DNA of 64,000 nt. It comes from Bacteroidota bacterium (GTDB lineage Bacteria; Bacteroidota; Bacteroidia; Chitinophagales; Chitinophagaceae). The translations under genes were made by a program, and so were the position numbers. Positions 1-8,239 of this stretch are shown here, in pieces. A model generated the notes under the pieces. That model had not been told where the DNA came from and searched no databases. It saw only the letters and a program-made list of their open reading frames with translations. The stretch covers positions 14,380-78,379 of the forward strand of contig JAFDYE010000482.1 in the NCBI GenBank assembly GCA_018267585.1, in the 5' to 3' direction. Each line of letters begins with the position of its first letter. Positions within the stretch are counted from its first letter, which is position 1.

Positions 1-1826
1 AGACAAATGCTCAGGGGAGTAACCTCTTGCTGAAGACCATTAAAATTATAGTCCCTGATAACACCGATGATCCGGCCCTTTTTTCCCCACTGTTCGAACC
101 TCCGGCCGACCGCCGCCGCAGGAGACGGATAGCCGAAGAGCCGCACAGCCTTCTCATTAAGGACCATGGCCTGCATAGTGTCCGTCGGAATATCGCTGCG
201 GAAGAACCGGCCCGCCAGCAGCTTCATTCCGTACTGCTCCAGATACCCGAAATCGACATAGGTCAGATCGAGATTGGCGATCTGCATTTCCCCGCGGCTG
301 TTCTCGACCTTTGAATAGGCGCCCCAAGTGCCCGCGCCGGGCACACTACCGGAAAAGGCAGTCGAAACTACCCCCGGCAGACCCGTTACCTCCCGTCGGA
401 ACACCGTCTTATGCGGATCATTGTGGGTATCCACCACCAACAGACGATCCTTATCAAAGCCAAGGTCACGGCTGCGCAAATAGTCGAGCTCGGAATACAC
501 GACAACAGTACCGATGATCAGGCTGATCGAGATCGTGAACTGCACAACGACCAGCCCCTTCCGGAGCACAAGCCCCTGCCTGCCGGTCGAAAAACGGCCC
601 TTCAGCGAAGCGATCGGCTTAAAGGAGGAAAGAACAAGCGCGGGATACACACCGGCCAGCAGACCAATAACAAGCACAATGGCCAATAAGGTCAGGATAT
701 TCACAGGTTCGCTGTAAATACCGGCGCTGATGGTCTTCCCGGCCAGCTGATTAAAAAGGGGTAGCGCCAGACTGCAAAGCCCCATCGACAGCACAAAGGC
801 GAAACAACAGAGCACTATAGACTCGCCAAGGAACTGACCGGCCAGCTGCATCCGTTCTGCGCCGATGACCTTCCGGATACCGACCTCCTTCGCCCGCTCA
901 GTAGCCCGCGCCGTGGTGAGATTGACAAAATTTATACAGGCGATCAGGAGAATGAACAACCCGATGACCCAAAAGATATTGACATTGCTCCTGCTACCGT
1001 TGACAAAGCCGCCACGGGACGACCAGTATATATCCTTCAGCCGTTCGAGGAACAGAACATAGTCCTGCTTCTCGTTCTTTAGCTTCTCCCCGATATGCTT
1101 TTGAATAAAAGGCCGCAGCTTGGCCTGCAGCGCATTCGGGTCCGCTCCCGGCTTCAGCAGGAGAAAAGAGCTCACGCCAAAACTTCCCCAGCGATAGTCA
1201 AGACTGTCCCTGAATCGCCGCCTCGTCGACATCGAGACGAACAGATCAGCCTTTATCGACGAGTTCCCGGGCAGGTCTTTCATGACGCCGGTGACCGTTG
1301 CGCTAAACCCACTGTCGGAAAAAAGAAGGGTCTGCCCCATCGGATCTCCTTCGCCAAAATACTTTTTCGCCGTAGACTGCGAAAGCACCACACTGAATGG
1401 GGCCTTCAACGCACTGCCGGGATTACCTTCGACCAGCGGGAAATCAAAAACTGTGAATAGAGAGGAATCTGCGAATACAGTAGCCTTCTCCTGGAACCGA
1501 ACGGCGCCCCTTTTTATCAACGTAGCACTTCTGTTAAGACGGACCACGGCTTCAATGTCCGGATAGTCGGCCTTCAGATTAATAGCCATCGGCATTGAGG
1601 TGCTGGCAATATGCTGGGTCGCAGAAGTCGACTCCAGGTCGGTGACCAGCCGGAATATACGCGACGACTTCGAATGAAAATTGTCATAACTCGTCTCCAA
1701 CCGGACATACTGATAGATCAGAAAAAAAGCCGACATGCCAACGGCAAGCCCGGCAATATTGAGTACGGAAGATCCCTTGTGCCGCCAAAGATTGCGCACA
1801 GCGGTCTTGAAATAATTCCTTAACAT
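1..1826 (-). CDS. ABC transporter permease (MacB/FtsX-type, Bacteroidota family); 3' end runs off the window
   Basis: Not in the ORF track because there is no stop in the window. Manual translation from ATG at 1826 gives MLRNYFKTAVRNLWRHKGSSVLNIAGLAVGMSAFFLIYQYV..., and the window edge reads GRIIGVIRDYNFNGLQQEVTPL. Both are typical of this family and resemble 26375..28747. Confidence 0.9.
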   Translation of the reverse strand, partial: MLRNYFKTAVRNLWRHKGSSVLNIAGLAVGMSAFFLIYQYVRLETSYDNFHSKSSRIFRLVTDLESTSATQHIASTSMPMAINLKADYPDIEAVVRLNRSATLIKRGAVRFQEKATVFADSSLFTVFDFPLVEGNPGSALKAPFSVVLSQSTAKKYFGEGDPMGQTLLFSDSGFSATVTGVMKDLPGNSSIKADLFVSMSTRRRFRDSLDYRWGSFGVSSFLLLKPGADPNALQAKLRPFIQKHIGEKLKNEKQDYVLFLERLKDIYWSSRGGFVNGSRSNVNIFWVIGLFILLIACINFVNLTTARATERAKEVGIRKVIGAERMQLAGQFLGESIVLCCFAFVLSMGLCSLALPLFNQLAGKTISAGIYSEPVNILTLLAIVLVIGLLAGVYPALVLSSFKPIASLKGRFSTGRQGLVLRKGLVVVQFTISISLIIGTVVVYSELDYLRSRDLGFDKDRLLVVDTHNDPHKTVFRREVTGLPGVVSTAFSGSVPGAGTWGAYSKVENSRGEMQIANLDLTYVDFGYLEQYGMKLLAGRFFRSDIPTDTMQAMVLNEKAVRLFGYPSPAAAVGRRFEQWGKKGRIIGVIRDYNFNGLQQEVTPLSIC

Positions 1827-1953
1827 AGCCCCGATTTAATTTGTTAACCTTCCCCCGACCGGTCACAGTCAACCCCATGCCCGGCCCGTCGCTGCCAGAG
1901 CACAAGGTCAAAACCTTCCCCGATCGGTCACTTTCAAAACTAATGGATTAGGA

Positions 1954-1968
1954 GCACAGGGAATGCCA
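1954..1968 (-). promoter_or_regulatory. sigma-54 (-24/-12) promoter candidate for the permease
   Basis: Minus strand TGGCATTCCCTGTGC has exact GG-N10-GC spacing, about 130 bp upstream of the permease ATG. Confidence 0.55.
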
Positions 1969-2021
1969 ATTTATTATCTCGTTAAACATCAATAAATTAA
2001 GAGAAAACTTCCCGGTGCCAC

Positions 2022-2038
2022 TGTCCGATATTGCGACA
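2022..2038. promoter_or_regulatory. Candidate enhancer (UAS) for a sigma-54 activator
   Basis: Imperfect palindrome TGTCCG-ATATT-GCGACA, 55-70 bp upstream of the -24 element. A CGGACA half-site also lies upstream of the second permease (26290..26295). Confidence 0.35.
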
Positions 2039-2116
2039 TTCACCGTCCGGAAAGGCGGCGTTTACTCTATCTCCCACCTAACCGAAGGCACAAGAATTGA
2101 GGAAAGAATTCAGACA

Positions 2117-3892
2117 ATGGAAAATGAATCCTTTCTTACAAAATACGTCTTCAGCACCGATCACAAGATAATAGCCAAACAGTTCCTCATCACCGGCATA
2201 TTGTGGGCGCTGGTCGGGGGCTTTTTTTCAGTCCTTATGCGTCTGCAGCTCGGCTTCCCCAACACGTCTCATACCTTTCTGCAGCGACTGGCCGGCCATC
2301 TGTTCGTTAGCGGCAAGCTCCAGCCCGAGACCTACTATCAACTGATGACGATGCACGGTACGATCATGATCTTCTTCGTTCTCACGGCAGGGCTCAGCGG
2401 AACATTTGCCAATTTCCTTATTCCACTGCAGATAGGAGCAAGGGACATGGCGTCCCCCTTTGTGAACATGCTGTCTTACTGGGCCTTCTTCGTGGCGAGC
2501 GTCATCATGATCGCCTCCTTCTTTGTACAGGGCGGCCCCTCGGGAGTGGGATGGACTGCCTACGCACCACTTAGCGCACTAAAGGATGCGGACTCTGGCT
2601 CCGGCACAGGACTCGACCTCTGGATCACAAGCCTGGCCTTCTTTATCGTCTCGACGCTGATGGGCGGCATTAATTACATATCCACGATTCTCAATATGCG
2701 CACAAAAGGAATGAGCATGACGCGGCTTCCCCTCAGCACCTGGGGTCTGCTGTTCACCGCCATCATGGGCCTCCTTTCCTTCCCGGTGCTGCTGGCAGCA
2801 TTCGTGCTCCTCCTGTTCGACCGCAACGCAGGGACCAGCTTTTTCCTCTCGGACATCTTCATGACCTCGACCGCACGCGCAATGCCCTATGAAGGCGGGA
2901 GCGCTATCCTCTATCAGCACCTCTTCTGGTTCCTTGGTCACCCTGAAGTCTATATCGTCATATTCCCCGCCTTCGGGATCGTCTCCGAAGTAATGAGCGT
3001 CAATTGCCGAAAACCGATCTTCGGCTATACGGCCATGGTGTATTCGATGTTCGCTATTCTTTCCCTCTCCTTCATGGTCTGGGCCCACCATATGTTCGTA
3101 ACGGGAATGAACCCCTTTCTCGGCTCGCTGTTCGTGCTGTTCACACTGCTGATCGCCATTCCGTCAGCCGTCAAGGTCTTTAACTGGCTGGCAACGCTCT
3201 GGCGGGGCAACATCCATTTCACCCCCGCAATGCTGTTCGCCATCGGATTCGTCAGCACCTTCATCTCGGGCGGGCTGACCGGCATCTTCCTTGGCAATTC
3301 CACCATCGATATCCAACTGCATGACACCTATTTTGTGGTAGCGCATTTCCACCTGGTCATGGGCGTATCCGCCGTTTTTGGTATGTTCGCGGGCATTTAT
3401 CACTGGTTCCCAAAAATGTTCGGCCGGTTCATGGACCCGGTGCTCGGCTATATCCACTTCTGGATAACCCTCGTATCCGTCTACTTCATCTTCTGGCCGA
3501 TGTATTACGAAGGGCTGGCGGGTATGCCGCGCCGGTATTTCGATTTCTCGGGCTGGATATCTTTTAACCAGTTCGAAAAACTCAACATCGTCATTTCCTC
3601 CTTTGCTTTTTTGGCATTCTTCGTACAGCTGATATTTGTCGTTAATTTCTTCCGCTCCATCTTCAAAGGAGAAAGGCTGAAAGAGAAAAATCCCTGGAAG
3701 TCCAATACCCTCGAATGGACGACACCAATAAAACCCGGTCACGGCAACTGGCCGGGAGAGATACCCGAGGTCTTCAGAGGCCCCTACGAATATTCAAAAG
3801 ACGGAAGAGAGTTCATTCCGCAGGACGAACAGCCGGGATCCGTCAATAGTGACATTTCTGACATTCCGTCCCGCCAATATTCTCAACGGTGA
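2117..3892 (+). CDS. ctaD: Cytochrome c oxidase subunit I (heme-copper oxidase, A1 type), stand-alone copy
   Basis: Motifs MHGTIM, GARDMAS..N (D-channel D and N), WFLGHPEVY, WAHHMF, IAIPSAVK (K-channel K), HDTYFVVAHFH and GMPRRY. ATG 2117 preferred over the track's GTG 2015. Confidence 0.95.
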   Translation: MENESFLTKYVFSTDHKIIAKQFLITGILWALVGGFFSVLMRLQLGFPNTSHTFLQRLAGHLFVSGKLQPETYYQLMTMHGTIMIFFVLTAGLSGTFANFLIPLQIGARDMASPFVNMLSYWAFFVASVIMIASFFVQGGPSGVGWTAYAPLSALKDADSGSGTGLDLWITSLAFFIVSTLMGGINYISTILNMRTKGMSMTRLPLSTWGLLFTAIMGLLSFPVLLAAFVLLLFDRNAGTSFFLSDIFMTSTARAMPYEGGSAILYQHLFWFLGHPEVYIVIFPAFGIVSEVMSVNCRKPIFGYTAMVYSMFAILSLSFMVWAHHMFVTGMNPFLGSLFVLFTLLIAIPSAVKVFNWLATLWRGNIHFTPAMLFAIGFVSTFISGGLTGIFLGNSTIDIQLHDTYFVVAHFHLVMGVSAVFGMFAGIYHWFPKMFGRFMDPVLGYIHFWITLVSVYFIFWPMYYEGLAGMPRRYFDFSGWISFNQFEKLNIVISSFAFLAFFVQLIFVVNFFRSIFKGERLKEKNPWKSNTLEWTTPIKPGHGNWPGEIPEVFRGPYEYSKDGREFIPQDEQPGSVNSDISDIPSRQYSQR

Positions 3893-5063
3893 TGGAGTCC
3901 TTCGCGCCCGTGGCCAGCTCACGGGCAAATCTGCTGTAGATGCTATAGAACCTGTTGCCCTTATTGGTGCCATCGGGAAAATCGACCTTGGTGGTCCGGT
4001 GACAGTTGATACACCAGCCCATGCTCAAAGGAGCGAACTGCCGCACCTCATCCATCTCCTGCACCGGCCCGTGACAGGTCTGACATTGTATCTTGCCGGC
4101 TTTTGTGTGCTGGGCGTGGCTGAAGAAAACGTGATCGGGAAGACTATGGATCCTGACCCATTCGATCGGATGTCCGGCCTTCGTGTATTTCCTCTGATCC
4201 GGATCATAGCCGGTATAGCCGTATAGCTTTCTGATCTCGTCATTGGGGTTGACCCTGCTACCGTCCTCCCGCTGCAGCCGCTCACCACGGTAGTCATTGA
4301 TGGCCAGGTGACAGTTCATACAAATATTGGGAGAGGGGACAGTAGCATGTTTACTTTCAAGGGCATTGGTATGACAATACAGACAGCTTATCTGATTGAG
4401 GCCTGCGTGTATCCTGTGTGAAAAATAGATCGGCTGCTTCGGCTGATAGCCCTGTGACCGCCCCAGTCCTATCCCAAGCTGTGTCATCCAATAGCCAACC
4501 ACGCCGAACAGCAAAATGCTGGCCACAGTTATATATATCTTGTTCCGGTAGACCGGGACAGGCGGGGGCGCAACCAGCCCCTGTTTTTCTTCGGCCAGTT
4601 TCTTAAGATTGAGATTGTGCAGATAGAGCCCAATTACAAAAAGGCCGAGAATGCAGCTGACGATACCGTAAAGCAGACTGTGATCCTCCTCAGGAGGGTT
4701 AGGGAGGGTCGAAGTATTGGTCTTCGCAAGCGGCTCTGCATAACTATTGACATAACTGAGAATGGCGTCTATTTCGGCGTCGGAGAGTCCCGGGAAGGTA
4801 TTCATCGGCGCACGACCGTACTGGTTATAGAGATTTGTGAAATAAGTGTTCCCGGAAGCCAGTACCTTGGTGTTGTTGTGGATCCAGTCGTGAAGCAGCT
4901 TGCGGTCGGTGACCCGGTCTGTGACGCCCTTTAACGCCGGACCGGTGATGACCCTCACCGGATTGTGACACTGGGCGCAGTTGGTCTGGAACAAAGCCTT
5001 ACCATCCTGGGCATAAGCCCGGAAAGAAAGAAATAAAAGGACAAAGAAAAAAAGCCGCGCCAT
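3843..5063 (-). CDS. Hexaheme c-type cytochrome, ActA-like (signal peptide, monoheme domain, 2 TM helices, pentaheme c3-type domain)
   Basis: Six CxxCH motifs: CAQCH, CLYCH, CMNCH, CQTCH, CINCH, CQKCH. QPIYFSHRIHAG, WVRIHSLPDHVFFSHAQH and SMGWCINCHR match alternative complex III ActA. Start set at MARLFFFVLL (5063). Confidence 0.85.
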   Translation of the reverse strand: MARLFFFVLLFLSFRAYAQDGKALFQTNCAQCHNPVRVITGPALKGVTDRVTDRKLLHDWIHNNTKVLASGNTYFTNLYNQYGRAPMNTFPGLSDAEIDAILSYVNSYAEPLAKTNTSTLPNPPEEDHSLLYGIVSCILGLFVIGLYLHNLNLKKLAEEKQGLVAPPPVPVYRNKIYITVASILLFGVVGYWMTQLGIGLGRSQGYQPKQPIYFSHRIHAGLNQISCLYCHTNALESKHATVPSPNICMNCHLAINDYRGERLQREDGSRVNPNDEIRKLYGYTGYDPDQRKYTKAGHPIEWVRIHSLPDHVFFSHAQHTKAGKIQCQTCHGPVQEMDEVRQFAPLSMGWCINCHRTTKVDFPDGTNKGNRFYSIYSRFARELATGAKDSITVENIGGTECQKCHY

Positions 5064-5099
5064 GTCGTGGCTTTTTCCAAAAAAAATCATGCCAGCCAC

Positions 5100-5378
5100 C
5101 TACAGCAGATTGCTCGTCATGGGATCGATGACCGCCTTTACTTCTGCGATCGTATTGACGGGGAAACCGCCCAGACGGGCATGTTCCCGGATCAACTCCT
5201 CACTTTCAGCAATATGAATGCAGTAGATCTTGTCTTCGGTGACAAAAGACTGTATCCAGTGATAGGGCTTGCCCAGCTGACAAACCACTTCGCAGGAGGT
5301 CCTTGCGATCTCCTGCAGCTCTTCCGGCGAAAGGTTTCCGGCGCCGGGTAGTATTCTCTCGATAACAAACTTCTTCAT
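5100..5378 (-). CDS. DUF4242 protein, cytoplasmic single domain
   Basis: MKKFVIERILPGAG...WIQSFVTEDKIYCIHIAESEELIREHARLGGFP matches the DUF4242 pattern. No signal peptide. Confidence 0.85.
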   Translation of the reverse strand: MKKFVIERILPGAGNLSPEELQEIARTSCEVVCQLGKPYHWIQSFVTEDKIYCIHIAESEELIREHARLGGFPVNTIAEVKAVIDPMTSNLL

Positions 5379-5404
5379 ATGAGTGAGTTTTTTGATAAGT
5401 ACTA

Positions 5405-5475
5405 CAAAGTTGTCCCTTATATCCTTCAACAATGATAGAGGTTCTCCCTATTTAAGGCGGGCGGATTCCCTATTT
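5405..5475 (-). promoter_or_regulatory. TAGGG direct-repeat operator plus -7-like element for the DUF4242-cytochrome unit
   Basis: Minus strand AAAATAGGGA...AAATAGGGA with TAGGG starting at 5472 and 5450 (22 bp apart), then CAACTTTG ending at 5405, 45 nt from the proximal TAGGG. Confidence 0.65.
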
Positions 5476-8067
5476 TAGGATCCCCAGCCTGAGCGCCTCC
5501 TGTACCGCCTTGGTCCGCGAGTTGACATCCAATTTAAAAAGGACCGAAGAGATATGATGGTCGACGGTCTTGGCGGAAATAAAGAGCCTGGCCCCTATTT
5601 CCTTGTTCTGCAACCCCTCCTTCAATAATTCGAGAACACCCAGCTCCCGGTCGGTAAGAAGGGCCGGATTGGCAAGGGTCGTTTTCCTGAGACCCCGGGG
5701 AATGCTTTTGATGCCGGAAATCCTCATTTCCAGCTTCATCTTCTCATAGACCGCCCCGGCACCCAGCTGATTGACGATCGTCAACGCCTTTTTCTTGTCC
5801 TCCCCGCCGCCCTCGAACAGGGCCAGCGCCTGCTCATAAGGACAACCCAGCCGTTCCCATAAAGCCGCGGCCCGGACAGCCCCAACCGACGTACCCAGTC
5901 GATAACCCTCGTAGGTTTCCCGGAGGGGAACCTCCAGTTTTCGGCTCCTCAACAGCCAGAAATCGAATTCGCTATTCTCATAAAGGCTGGCCGTCTGCCC
6001 GATCAGCCCGATCGCGCACTCGATGGCCTCCTTTTCGAGCAGCAGGCTTCCGGTAAGCCATTCATACTCCAGCAGGGCTACCAGGGCAGGAAGTATCCGC
6101 TGCAGCTCCATCGCCTCAAAAGCCATCGCCTTCGCCTGCAGCAGAAGAGGAAGAGCATCCCCTTCCCCCTTCCTCATCTTTATCGTCCCGATCACCACCA
6201 GCGCACCCATCCTGACGATCGGCGCCTGGTCCTCATTCTTCAGGAGCTCCTCCGAAAGGCTGCAGGCCTCTTTCCAACGTCCCGTATCCAGCATCAGCCT
6301 GGCCTTTCCAGACAACATATAGGTCCTCCAGGAACCCAGCTCCCTCTCCTCACAATATTGAATGCCCTGCGCAAGTACCCCGGCGGCAAATGCATAGTCC
6401 TTTATTTTTATACCGCCATTGCTGAGGCTCGTATAGGCCTGGGCCGCCAGTTCATGATAACCATGTTTCAGCGCCAGCTCAAGGCTTCGCTGCAGCAGCT
6501 GAACCCCTCTTTGCCGGTACGCCGGTATCCGCATCTGAACAGCCCCGACATTGTTGAGAGCATGGGAAAGGATCTCGTCATCCCCCAGCTCGTTCGCGAT
6601 GACGATCGCGTTCTCACCCCAATGGATGCATTCCACGATTTGATCGGAAAGCATCTTCAACTGCGACATATTGCTGTATGCCATGGCCTTGGCCCGCGAA
6701 GAAGGCTGGGCTGCGAGGACCTCGATGGCCTGCTGCCCGTAGCTTTCGGCCTGCTTGCGATTGCCGTCGAACCACCAGAGACGCGACAGGAACCACATCG
6801 AATCCCCTATTCTCCCCGTCTCCTCCTTCTCCTTCCAGATGGCAAGCGCCTTTCCCTGGTAAATAATGGCCTCCTTGATCCGGTTGGTCAGATAGCATTC
6901 ATAGGCATAGGACGCATAGAGCCTCACCAACAGGTCCTTGTCCTTCCCCTGGTAGTATTCGATGGCCGTATAGTACAGTTTGGAAGCCTCGACGTGCGCT
7001 CCGACCTCCGCAGCCGCAGCAGCAGCAAGAGGAGCATAGCGAACGACCAGCTCATATTCATTGGCATTTTTCGCATGATGGACGATCCGTTCTATCTCGC
7101 GGTGCTCCTCAAAGCTCCCCCTGAACAGCTCCAGGATCTTCTTGTTCAGCGCGATCCGCACAAAAGGCGACAGCGAGGTCTCGATCGTCCTCCGGTATAG
7201 CTCGTGCTTAAAGAAAATAAGCCCCTCCCGGACGAACAGGATCTTCGCCTCGAGGCATTTCGCCAGCGCCGACGCATACATTGGCTCGACCGTTTCCAGG
7301 TATTTTACCTCAAAGCCCGTCGGCAGTACGGACAGCAGGTCCCATACCTGCTTGGTCTTTTCGTCCAGCCGGTGATACACAGAGAGGACGGCGTCTTTAA
7401 TATTGTCGGGGACCCCCGGACTGTAACTCGCCAGGATCTCGTTCACATAAAATGGATTTCCACCGGAAATGCTATAGACGTCCTCCCCGTTATAGCCCTT
7501 CTCCTTCGCCAGCTTCTCAACCGCAGGTCGCGACAACGGCGTCAGGTGCAACCGGGTGAAAGAGTCGGGAGGCAGCTGTCCCAGGACATTTCGCAATGGA
7601 TGTAAAGAATGGATCTCGTCGTCCCGGTACGTGAGAACAAAAAGACAGCGTAGCCGGGCAATGCGCCTGGCCAGGAACTTTATAAAATCCAGTGTGGCCT
7701 CGTCGGCCCAGTGGATATCCTCAAAGATGATAACGGACGGCGACGACCGGCTGGCGATCTCATGGATGAACCGGTTGAAAAGTGCGGCCCTGTCCTCCTT
7801 CCCGCCGGTATTCTCCCAGCCATCGCCGTGTATCTGCCAGATAATGTCATACAGCGGAGCCAGTGGACGCGGCGTGAACAGCGCGTCGCAGCTGCCCTGG
7901 TAAAAGCTGGCGACCTCTCCCTTTTCTCTGCAAAAAGCCCTTATCAGCGAGGTCTTTCCGATACCCGACTCTCCGCTTATAAGAATACAATGTCCCTCCC
8001 CATCTGCAATATCTCTTAGCCTTGATTGCAGAGTCGATAAAAAACCGGCTCTTTCGATCAACTCCAT
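5470..8067 (-). CDS. LAL/MalT-like regulator: N-terminal AAA (STAND-type) ATPase, helical/TPR-like middle, C-terminal LuxR HTH
   Basis: Walker A GESGIGKT; Walker B IIFEDIHWAD; GGNPFYV; C-terminal LTDRELGVLELLKEGLQNKEIGARLFISAKTVDHHISSVLFKL. Confidence 0.92.
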   Translation of the reverse strand: MELIERAGFLSTLQSRLRDIADGEGHCILISGESGIGKTSLIRAFCREKGEVASFYQGSCDALFTPRPLAPLYDIIWQIHGDGWENTGGKEDRAALFNRFIHEIASRSSPSVIIFEDIHWADEATLDFIKFLARRIARLRCLFVLTYRDDEIHSLHPLRNVLGQLPPDSFTRLHLTPLSRPAVEKLAKEKGYNGEDVYSISGGNPFYVNEILASYSPGVPDNIKDAVLSVYHRLDEKTKQVWDLLSVLPTGFEVKYLETVEPMYASALAKCLEAKILFVREGLIFFKHELYRRTIETSLSPFVRIALNKKILELFRGSFEEHREIERIVHHAKNANEYELVVRYAPLAAAAAAEVGAHVEASKLYYTAIEYYQGKDKDLLVRLYASYAYECYLTNRIKEAIIYQGKALAIWKEKEETGRIGDSMWFLSRLWWFDGNRKQAESYGQQAIEVLAAQPSSRAKAMAYSNMSQLKMLSDQIVECIHWGENAIVIANELGDDEILSHALNNVGAVQMRIPAYRQRGVQLLQRSLELALKHGYHELAAQAYTSLSNGGIKIKDYAFAAGVLAQGIQYCEERELGSWRTYMLSGKARLMLDTGRWKEACSLSEELLKNEDQAPIVRMGALVVIGTIKMRKGEGDALPLLLQAKAMAFEAMELQRILPALVALLEYEWLTGSLLLEKEAIECAIGLIGQTASLYENSEFDFWLLRSRKLEVPLRETYEGYRLGTSVGAVRAAALWERLGCPYEQALALFEGGGEDKKKALTIVNQLGAGAVYEKMKLEMRISGIKSIPRGLRKTTLANPALLTDRELGVLELLKEGLQNKEIGARLFISAKTVDHHISSVLFKLDVNSRTKAVQEALRLGILK

Positions 8068-8122
8068 AGTGGTTGTTTATAAGCAGACCTCCGGTCCGCT
8101 GCCCGAAGGCTTAAATTCTCAT

Positions 8123-8194
8123 AAATTAGGGGGACAGTGCTGGTAAAATAGGGAAAAATCCTTACATCCTATAGCCGAATCGAAGGTTCCTTTG
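8123..8194 (+). promoter_or_regulatory. TAGGG direct-repeat operator plus -7-like element for the tandem DUF4242 gene
   Basis: TAGGG at 8127 and 8149 (22 bp apart), then TTCCTTTG ending at 8194, 45 nt from the proximal TAGGG. Same geometry as 5405..5475. Confidence 0.65.
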
Positions 8195-8239
8195 TAATGG
8201 AAATTCATATTCTGATCATCAATTCAAAGCCACTTCATC

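Noticed and set aside
1979-1992. FNR/Crp-like box TCGTT-N4-ATCAA upstream of cox1
   Set aside because: Only one half-site is good, in AT-rich DNA, and it overlaps an unrelated AATTTATT/AATAAATT inverted repeat. Too weak to call.
2015-2116. 34-aa N-terminal extension of cox1 from GTG 2015
   Set aside because: It overlaps the permease's candidate enhancer and has no oxidase-like sequence. The family-like sequence starts at ATG 2117.
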